This document shows positions 17,505 through 23,276 of a DNA stretch of 24,000 nucleotides, piece by piece (the stretch's first letter is position 1; each line of letters begins with the position of its first letter). Below the pieces are notes generated by a model. That model did no database searches, was not told the DNA's origin, and was given only the letters and a program-made list of their open reading frames with translations. Source of the DNA: Coprobacillus cateniformis (GTDB taxonomy: Bacteria > Bacillota_I > Bacilli_A > Erysipelotrichales > Coprobacillaceae); NCBI RefSeq assembly GCF_009767585.1, contig NZ_WSNW01000001.1, positions 708,342 through 732,341 of the forward strand, given 5' to 3'. A program made the position numbers and the translations under genes.

Positions 17505-18010
17505 TTAACAAACGCCATTACATCTTCTTTATTGACTAACATTTTTGTAAATGTAATCATATTTGCTAATGCTTGATTTAAACCTGTCCCACCTTTTTTA
17601 GGCATCTTAAGAATATAGACTTTATCTTTATAATCAGAAATAGCTTTTTCACATTCTTTTGACATCATAGCAAATACTGGTATATCTGTATGTTCATGAA
17701 TCGTTAAAGCTGTTTTTGCTGCCATGACTCCATATTCAGCATAATTAAAACATGGTCCACAAATGACTACATCTGGCTGAATTTTCTTAGCCATAGCTGC
17801 AAACTTTTTAGAAACAGTTTCTGGGTCTTTCATAAATGTTCCATTTCCACAATATAAAGTTCCAACAATCTTACCACCAGCATCCTTTAACTGTTTTTCA
17901 AACATATTGCATGAACCAATTGGCATCATCTTTCCACCTAATGCTAAATCAGCACTCTCTTTTCCTCCTAACCCAGACTGTGTTTGATCAAATATCATCA
18001 ATACTTTCAT
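17489..18010 (-). CDS. Stand-alone protein resembling the N-terminal domain of GrdB-family (glycine/sarcosine/betaine reductase component B) proteins; function unknown
   Basis: 173-aa ORF with a strong SD (AAGGAG, 7 nt upstream). MKVLMIFDQTQSGLGGKESAD... and ...YCGNGTF....IQPDVVICGPCFNYAEYGV are collinear, from my memory of GrdB N-termini, with VVHY.NQFF.GIGGEEKAD ... ICGD.YF ... PD..IAGPAFNAGRYG. It lacks the selenocysteine-containing C-terminal two-thirds. The CDS call is solid; the family call is tentative. Confidence 0.5.
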   Translation of the reverse strand: MKVLMIFDQTQSGLGGKESADLALGGKMMPIGSCNMFEKQLKDAGGKIVGTLYCGNGTFMKDPETVSKKFAAMAKKIQPDVVICGPCFNYAEYGVMAAKTALTIHEHTDIPVFAMMSKECEKAISDYKDKVYILKMPKKGGTGLNQALANMITFTKMLVNKEDVMAFVKEHVY

Positions 18011-18341
18011 TTTTCTTCTCCTTATTTTCCTGCATTGCCAGAAGTGCTTTCTTTAAGACTTTGTCACTGTTTAACATTCCATAATCTTCTTGTGAAATCA
18101 TTATAATAGGAATATTTAAATGACTGAATCTTTGTCTTGTTTCTTCTAACAAATACTTAACTTGAGGTCCTAGAAGAATAGCATCTGGTAGTGCCCATTT
18201 TTCAATAACACTTGGTAATTTACCATGAGGATAAGCCACAATTTCAACTGGTAATTTGTGTTTATTGGCACAATCCTGCATCATACTTGCCAATATACTT
18301 GTGGACATTCCCTGACTACATAACAAATATATCTTCTTCAT
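17988..18341 (-). CDS. PTS EIIB component, lactose/cellobiose family (paralogue 2, with a charged C-terminal extension)
   Basis: 117 aa. MKKIYLLCSQGMSTSILA carries the phospho-Cys at residue 8, and LLGPQVKYLL is present. By eye it is roughly half identical to paralogue 1. Its last 23 nt overlap the start of the GrdB-like gene. Confidence 0.9.
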   Translation of the reverse strand: MKKIYLLCSQGMSTSILASMMQDCANKHKLPVEIVAYPHGKLPSVIEKWALPDAILLGPQVKYLLEETRQRFSHLNIPIIMISQEDYGMLNSDKVLKKALLAMQENKEKKNESIDDI

Positions 18342-18397
18342 AGTTCCTTGTTCTCCTTTATTATAGTTAAAATATTATTTTTATCTTTCAAATTCTT

Positions 18398-18413
18398 TTC
18401 CTAATATTAGGAA
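18398..18413. promoter_or_regulatory. Operator site C (TTCCTAATATTAGGAA, perfect 16-bp palindrome) plus promoter of the EIIB2/GrdB-like operon
   Basis: Inverted repeat TTCCTA-N4-TAGGAA. 32 nt downstream on the minus strand is TATAAT (18365-18360). There is no -35 at the 17-nt spacing. Caveat: the predicted leader is only about 11 nt. Confidence 0.65.
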
Positions 18414-18558
18414 AAAATTCTTAATTGTTTCTTACTCATATTAACATAGACACAGCTACCCATTGGAAGAGTCACCATTGGTATCGTATATCTAAAACCC
18501 ATATTACATATAACCTTACTCCTTTTTTAATCATTATAACATAATTTATTATCAGAAG

Positions 18559-18588
18559 ACCAAAAAGCTATAGCCAAACTATAGCTTT
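18559..18588 (-). terminator. Rho-independent terminator of the EIIC gene
   Basis: Perfect 10-bp stem AAAGCTATAG (18564-18573) / CTATAGCTTT (18579-18588) with a 5-nt loop. On the minus strand it is followed by TTTTTGG. It lies 6 nt after the EIIC stop. Confidence 0.7.
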
Positions 18589-18593
18589 CATTT

Positions 18594-19958
18594 TTATAAA
18601 TCCGAAAGATCTAAATCATCAAATGAGATATCTTCTTCAACATCATCTTCGGCTTCTAATTCTTCTTTGAGATATTGTTTATCTAGAGCTTTAATAAATG
18701 GGAAATATACAACACACCCTAAAGCCAATAACAAGAATTGCCATAATGCTGCAATTGGATCTCCTGTTGATAGCCATCCAGAAAAACCAATTGGTGTTGT
18801 CCATGGTAAATTAACTCCAGTTGTTTTTGGTATAATATGCCAAAGTGTTGCACAGTAAGATAATATTAAGTTCATCATTGGTACTAAAATAAATGGAATG
18901 GCAATAATTGGATTTAATACAACTGGTAATCCAAAGATAATTGGTTCATTAATTCCAAAAATACCTGGAACAATACTTAATCTTCCTAATTGTTTAATAC
19001 GTTGAGATTTACAGAACCCTAACATAACAATGACTAATGATAAAGTTGAACCACCACCACCAAAATTGCAGAAGAAATTAGAGAAAGGATTTGTAAAAAT
19101 ATGAGGCAATGCCTGTCCTGCTTCAAATGCAACCTGCTGCTCAATAGTTAAAACATTTCCAATAAAGTATACAGAGTTAGCAACTGCTGGTCCATTAATT
19201 CCAAAGAACCATAAGAAAGTACATGCAAATGAGTAAATAGCATTTGCTGCTAAAGTATCTCCCATACCTTTCAATGGTGTTTGTAAAATCTCTAACACAA
19301 ATTGATGAGCTGTACCAAATGAAGTCATTCCAAATAGAATACGTACCAAGAAGAAGATTGTCATAACGAATGCACTTGGTACTAATGCTGCAAATGAATC
19401 ACAGACAGCTGGTGGTACACCTTTAGGCATCTTAATTGTCCAACCCTTTTTATAAACCCATGTAAAGATTAAAACTGAACTAAGAGCACACACAAGTCCC
19501 ATAAAGATACCATCTGCTCCGATATATCTAAATGCTAAACCATTAATACCATTTTCAGCAGCATCACTGCCTTCTAGTAAACTAACACCTGGAATAGATG
19601 CTATACTTGTGTTTGTTAGAATAACAAAAGCAACCAATGACACGACTGCCCCCTGAATTTTATCACCTTTTAATTCTCTAGCGAATGCATAACCAGTACC
19701 TACACAAGTCAGTAGCCCAGTCATATTAAAAGTTGCCCTTGATACATTTGTGAACCATGTTCCCCAGTTTTCCCCAAATACACTTGCCATCATTTCATCC
19801 CAGCCTGGTATTGGGAAGTTAGCGATTAACAAGAAGATTGACCCAACAATCAATAATGGAGTTGTGATTAAGAATCCATCACGGATAGCGATTAATACTC
19901 TATTTTTACCAAGTTTATCAGCAATTGGCATTAATACGCTTTCTAGTTTGTTAAACAT
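18594..19958 (-). CDS. PTS EIIC component, lactose/cellobiose (Lac) family
   Basis: 454-aa polytopic membrane protein with the EIIC-Lac pattern (MPIADKLGKNRVLIAIRDGF..., FGINGP, INEPIIFGLPVVLNP). SD AAAGGAGGA is present. It has an unusual acidic C-terminal tail. Confidence 0.9.
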   Translation of the reverse strand: MFNKLESVLMPIADKLGKNRVLIAIRDGFLITTPLLIVGSIFLLIANFPIPGWDEMMASVFGENWGTWFTNVSRATFNMTGLLTCVGTGYAFARELKGDKIQGAVVSLVAFVILTNTSIASIPGVSLLEGSDAAENGINGLAFRYIGADGIFMGLVCALSSVLIFTWVYKKGWTIKMPKGVPPAVCDSFAALVPSAFVMTIFFLVRILFGMTSFGTAHQFVLEILQTPLKGMGDTLAANAIYSFACTFLWFFGINGPAVANSVYFIGNVLTIEQQVAFEAGQALPHIFTNPFSNFFCNFGGGGSTLSLVIVMLGFCKSQRIKQLGRLSIVPGIFGINEPIIFGLPVVLNPIIAIPFILVPMMNLILSYCATLWHIIPKTTGVNLPWTTPIGFSGWLSTGDPIAALWQFLLLALGCVVYFPFIKALDKQYLKEELEAEDDVEEDISFDDLDLSDL

Positions 19959-20026
19959 AAATTTTCCTCCTTTTAAAATCTATCTCCATTATAGCAACTA
20001 AATTTATCTAATTTTTCTAAAAAATC

Positions 20027-20043
20027 TTCCTAGTATATAGGAA
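20027..20043. promoter_or_regulatory. Operator site D (TTCCTAGTATATAGGAA) plus promoter of the EIIC gene
   Basis: 17-bp inverted repeat. 33 nt downstream on the minus strand is extended -10 TGcTATAAT (hexamer 19993-19988), with no -35 match. It lies 4 nt after the RDD gene stop, with no terminator in between. Confidence 0.7.
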
Positions 20044-20047
20044 ATAT

Positions 20048-20650
20048 TTAATCTTCTACAACAATTGATAATTTTGTTCCTGCAATATAATCATGGAACA
20101 TTTTACGTTTTGGTGAAGCACAAGCCCAAAGCATTGATAGGGCTGTTATGATACCAAAAACATAAACATATATATCATTTAAGTCTTTCCCTATGAAAAT
20201 ATTAATCATTTGATGAAAATAACTTGAACTTGCTGCAATATATCCTTCAACTATCATGACACCAATTGCCTCACGTTTCAAAAGAGTTATAAAATCAACA
20301 TAACTATCATCCTCTTTCACAACTTGAATGTTCATAATCTTTTTAGCAAAAGTTTGACCAGGATAAATTTTTAAAGGTACAAAAATAAAATAAGCCAAAT
20401 AGATAATAATTGCCATAATTCCTGCTAATATGCTATATGGATAAGGAAGTTCTGTAATATTTTGTGTAATTTCTAGGTCTTGAAAAAAGATAGAATATAT
20501 TAGCACAACTGGAATACCAGCCAACATACTGGCAGCATACCAATCAATAATATATGCAAACAGTCTTTTAAAGTTATTTACAGTGGTTGGTTGAGATTGA
20601 ATCATTTTTTTATTCTGGAAAGCAGCATAATTGATTTTTGGTTTTTTCAT
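20048..20650 (-). CDS. RDD-family integral membrane protein
   Basis: 200 aa with the RDD-domain N-terminal pattern (FKRLFAYIIDWYAASMLAGIPVVL) and 3-4 predicted TM helices. Its ATG overlaps the regulator stop (TAATG at 20648-20652). Confidence 0.75.
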   Translation of the reverse strand: MKKPKINYAAFQNKKMIQSQPTTVNNFKRLFAYIIDWYAASMLAGIPVVLIYSIFFQDLEITQNITELPYPYSILAGIMAIIIYLAYFIFVPLKIYPGQTFAKKIMNIQVVKEDDSYVDFITLLKREAIGVMIVEGYIAASSSYFHQMINIFIGKDLNDIYVYVFGIITALSMLWACASPKRKMFHDYIAGTKLSIVVED

Positions 20651-22566
20651 TATTTTTTCTCCTTTGTGATTTTACAAATAAACTCATTATAGTCTCTAGA
20701 TTCTAGTAAATCAGAAAAATGACCAGCCTCTCCAATCGCCTGACTTAACCAATCAAAAAACATCTTTAAAACTTCATGATCACCTTCATTGATAGCTAAT
20801 AAGATAACCAATTTAACTTTAAATGAACCCCAATCAATCGGATTCTTTAACAGTGCTACTGATACTGTAGGTGTATTGACATAATCTCCAAAAGAATGTG
20901 GTGTAGCAAATGAATAAGCAAAAGATGTGGGTGACATTTCTTCTCTTTTTAAAACACCTTTTTTAAAGAATTTATTCACAACACCTCCGCTATACAATTC
21001 ATCACATAAATATTCAATAACTTCTTGTGAACTTCGTTTATCTAAATCAACATAGAAGTATTGTGGATTGATAAGTTGTGATATTTTTTGATTAAAGACT
21101 ATTTGAAATCTTTTCTTCTCTAATTTAGACAAAGCTTGGAAGATGATTGATTCGTCCTCATTGTTAATAAACATACTCACTTGAATAGTGAGAATATCTA
21201 ATTCATGTGAAAGTGGTGTCATAGTAATTAATAAATCTGGATTTAAAGCAAGAACTTTTGCCTCTTCAAACAATGGTAATGTCTCAACAATTTCTAATCG
21301 CTCACTAAAAGTTGATTCTACTTTTTTTTGCCCTAATGTTGAAAAATTTTGATCATAAGGAATGATCATCACAACCTTAAATTTACTATTTCTATTTAGT
21401 CGTTCATAAGCAGCACCAAAATGCAAAGCAATGAAACCCATTTCTGATTCATTAATATGAATATTCAAACACTCTTCTAAAGCATTTCCAACTGATACCC
21501 CCATTTCAAAAACAAGAGGATAATTCCTTTTAATATCATGAATAAAGAGATTATCAGCATTTATATTTTGTTGATATCTCTCAATCAATCCTTGTAAATG
21601 CATTTTTAATCCTGCCATAAAATCTTCATCTTCATGAAATTGAACATGCAATTTCTTTTCAATTGGTGTAACAACATTTTGTAGTAATTCATCTATATCA
21701 ATATGATTCTCATCAATAAAAAGATGTTTAGGTTGATATTGTCCACTCTTATTAGAAAATAATAATGCCAATAAACATATTTCATCTTCATGTATCTCAA
21801 TAGGAATGAATTCCATAAGTCTTTCAAAATACTCACTTGCAATTTTATATTCAATACTTTGTAACAAAGCCTGATTTTTTCTTTCTGTTGTATAAAACTG
21901 ACAGTTTAACATTCTTTCGATACTTATACCAACATGTAATATTAACATTGGAAACATTGTTTCTTTAATAACATATTGATGATTTTTAAGTACATTTACA
22001 AGAATATCCGTTGCTTTAACTAAATCAAAGTCTTTATAAAACATTGCCAATTTATTTAAGTTTAAAAAATTCCCTTGTGTTTCATTTGATAGCAGTTCTT
22101 TATATAATTTTCTCTTCTCTATTTCATCGCCCTTTAAATATATATAATTCTTAGAACGAACTAATTTCAGATGAGAATATTTTTCCAATGTTTTACGTAC
22201 TTTCTTGATATCATTTTCAATTGAATACCCACTTACATATATATCTTCTTGTAAGAAAGTGAGATTAATACCTTCTTCATGAATTAATAACTGTTGAATT
22301 AAATATGTACATCTTTGAGCTGGAGTTTGAGGAATATCTTTTGGTGTTTCAATATATATCTGATTATATTTATCTATATTTAAGAAGTAGCCCATACGAA
22401 TATTCGATTGAATGAGTTCCTCTTGGAAATTTTTATTTATTGCATCAATATCTGAACGAATTGTACGATCTGAGACTCCTAGCAGTCTAGCAAGTTCTTT
22501 ACCTGTAATCCATTCTTTATTTTCATAAAATATAGAGATAATCCTCTCTTGTCTTTTATTGAGCAT
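20650..22566 (-). CDS. PRD-domain transcriptional activator of the MtlR/LicR/ManR type (HTH - Mga-like HTH - PRD1 - PRD2 - EIIB-like - EIIA(Mtl/Fru)-like)
   Basis: N-terminal wHTH (ITGKELARLLGVSDRTIRSDIDAIN). PRD His contexts: LILHVGISIERM, LKMHLQGLIERY, FIALHFGAAYER. C-terminal EIIA-2-type His context FATPHSFG. There is no AAA+/Walker motif, so it is not sigma-54 or LevR-type. I chose the start at ATG 22566 (MLNKRQERI...), with SD GAGAGGGA. The ORF-track TTG at 22590 abuts the -10 hexamer. Confidence 0.85.
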   Translation of the reverse strand: MLNKRQERIISIFYENKEWITGKELARLLGVSDRTIRSDIDAINKNFQEELIQSNIRMGYFLNIDKYNQIYIETPKDIPQTPAQRCTYLIQQLLIHEEGINLTFLQEDIYVSGYSIENDIKKVRKTLEKYSHLKLVRSKNYIYLKGDEIEKRKLYKELLSNETQGNFLNLNKLAMFYKDFDLVKATDILVNVLKNHQYVIKETMFPMLILHVGISIERMLNCQFYTTERKNQALLQSIEYKIASEYFERLMEFIPIEIHEDEICLLALLFSNKSGQYQPKHLFIDENHIDIDELLQNVVTPIEKKLHVQFHEDEDFMAGLKMHLQGLIERYQQNINADNLFIHDIKRNYPLVFEMGVSVGNALEECLNIHINESEMGFIALHFGAAYERLNRNSKFKVVMIIPYDQNFSTLGQKKVESTFSERLEIVETLPLFEEAKVLALNPDLLITMTPLSHELDILTIQVSMFINNEDESIIFQALSKLEKKRFQIVFNQKISQLINPQYFYVDLDKRSSQEVIEYLCDELYSGGVVNKFFKKGVLKREEMSPTSFAYSFATPHSFGDYVNTPTVSVALLKNPIDWGSFKVKLVILLAINEGDHEVLKMFFDWLSQAIGEAGHFSDLLESRDYNEFICKITKEKK

Positions 22567-22629
22567 ACAATATCCCTCTCTTTCTTGCAAATTATAACAT
22601 TATTTTTTCTGATACTCTTATATCTTTAT

Positions 22630-22646
22630 TTCCTAAGTATTAGGAA
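22630..22646. promoter_or_regulatory. Operator site E (TTCCTAAGTATTAGGAA) plus promoter of the regulator-RDD operon (autoregulation)
   Basis: 17-bp inverted repeat. 33 nt downstream on the minus strand is extended -10 TGtTATAAT (hexamer 22596-22591), with no -35 match. Confidence 0.7.
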
Positions 22647-22680
22647 GTGATTAACACTTTCATCATTTCATTTCCTAAAT

Positions 22681-22706
22681 AAAAAACAGGCAGAGTATAC
22701 TCCGCC
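22681..22706 (-). terminator. Rho-independent terminator of spx; right boundary of the accessory locus
   Basis: On the minus strand, GGCGGAG-TATA-CTCTGCC (one G-U pair; plus-strand coordinates 22689-22706) is followed by TGTTTTTT. It begins 4 nt after the spx stop. Confidence 0.65.
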
Positions 22707-22709
22707 CAG

Positions 22710-23171
22710 TTATTCGCATCTTTCAGGACAGTCTGCCTGTTGATTTTTATAATATTCAGTTTTGATATCTGTAAATTGTGGACAGAAATCACTATTGTCA
22801 CACTCTTGCAACCTTCTTAATTCTCGTGGAATAAATGCTCTTATTTCTTCGGCATTATACCCAACTTGGAAACGTCTTTCATCAATGATGATTGGTCGTT
22901 TCAATATTGACGGATTCTCTTGAATAAAATGAATCAATTGGTTGACTGACATATCATCTAAATCAACTTGATTTTCTTTTATAATTTTAGATCTTTTAGA
23001 AATAATATCATCTGTACCATTCTCACTTCTTTCTAAAAGTTCTCTTAATTCTGTTTCTCTTAAAAGGGTTGAAAAGATGTTTTTTTCTACATAAGGGATT
23101 TGGTGTTCTTTTAACCAAGCCTTTACTTTACGACATGATGCACAACTTGGTGCTGTATATATTCTAATCAT
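22710..23171 (-). CDS. spx: Spx-family (ArsC-fold) global redox-responsive transcriptional regulator with a Cys-rich C-terminal extension
   Basis: MIRIYTAPSCASCRKVKAWLKEHQIPYVEKNIF... carries the N-terminal CxxC, plus RPIIIDERRFQVGYNAEEIRAFIPR, and is collinear with B. subtilis Spx. I chose the start at ATG 23171 (SD AAGGAG 8 nt upstream) rather than 23189. About 22 extra C-terminal residues contain 4 Cys. Confidence 0.85.
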   Translation of the reverse strand: MIRIYTAPSCASCRKVKAWLKEHQIPYVEKNIFSTLLRETELRELLERSENGTDDIISKRSKIIKENQVDLDDMSVNQLIHFIQENPSILKRPIIIDERRFQVGYNAEEIRAFIPRELRRLQECDNSDFCPQFTDIKTEYYKNQQADCPERCE

Positions 23172-23241
23172 AGTATCAACTCCTTGCATTTCATATTATA
23201 CATCATTTTGTTTATTTATGAAATTCTTTTTTGATAATCTC

Positions 23242-23270
23242 TTGATTTTTAATTCAAAGACTTCTATAAT
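23242..23270 (+). promoter_or_regulatory. SigmaA-type promoter of the T-box leader and trpS
   Basis: -35 TTGATT (23242-23247), a 17-nt spacer, then -10 TATAAT (23265-23270). Confidence 0.65.
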
Positions 23271-23276
23271 GACAAT

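Noticed and set aside
18464-18480. Direct repeat CCATTGG-N8-CCATTGG and a weak cre-like TGGTATCGTATATC in the EIIC-EIIB2 intergenic region, considered as a possible CcpA or other regulator site.
   Set aside because: The cre match fails at several invariant positions. The 7-mer repeat occurs only here, and it is equally explained as coding sequence of the candidate sORF, which is reported separately at low interest.
1044-20001. ORF-track entries 1044-1244(-), 3092-3337(-), 4546-4755(+), 5946-6152(+), 6324-6548(+), 7471-7686(-), 8871-9101(+), 9104-9286(+), 15959-16264(+), 16409-16621(+), 17836-18084(+), 18667-18858(+) and 19750-20001(+).
   Set aside because: All lie antisense to, or out of frame within, long well-supported genes. 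They have low-complexity or odd composition and no SD, and they resemble no family I recognise. They are shadow ORFs typical of AT-rich DNA.
7331-22650. Reading the locus as an ordinary cellobiose/chitobiose (cel/chb/lic) PTS operon, or as a sigma-54/LevR-type regulon.
   Set aside because: There is no phospho-beta-glucosidase, chitobiose deacetylase or other sugar-processing enzyme. The regulator has no AAA+ (Walker A) domain, and no GG-N10-GC (-24/-12) element precedes any of the genes. The promoters have sigmaA-type -10 boxes.
22672-22677. An extra TTCCTA half-site about 26 nt upstream of operator E.
   Set aside because: No TAGGAA or GGAA partner lies within 4-9 nt. A 6-mer of this composition is expected by chance in AT-rich DNA. 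It may still assist cooperative binding, but I cannot support that.
2175-23189. N-terminal extensions in the ORF track: starts at 2175, 6675 (GTG), 6727, 11040 (TTG), 11739 (GTG), 11876 (TTG), 16423, 17414, 22590 (TTG) and 23189. The 16423 start implies an 80-nt overlap of the two M42 genes.
   Set aside because: In each case a downstream ATG has a proper SD at a 5-11 nt spacing. In most cases the extended start also lies upstream of, or on top of, the predicted -10 or transcription start (6727, 11876, 17414, 22590). The family-typical N-termini begin at the shorter start.
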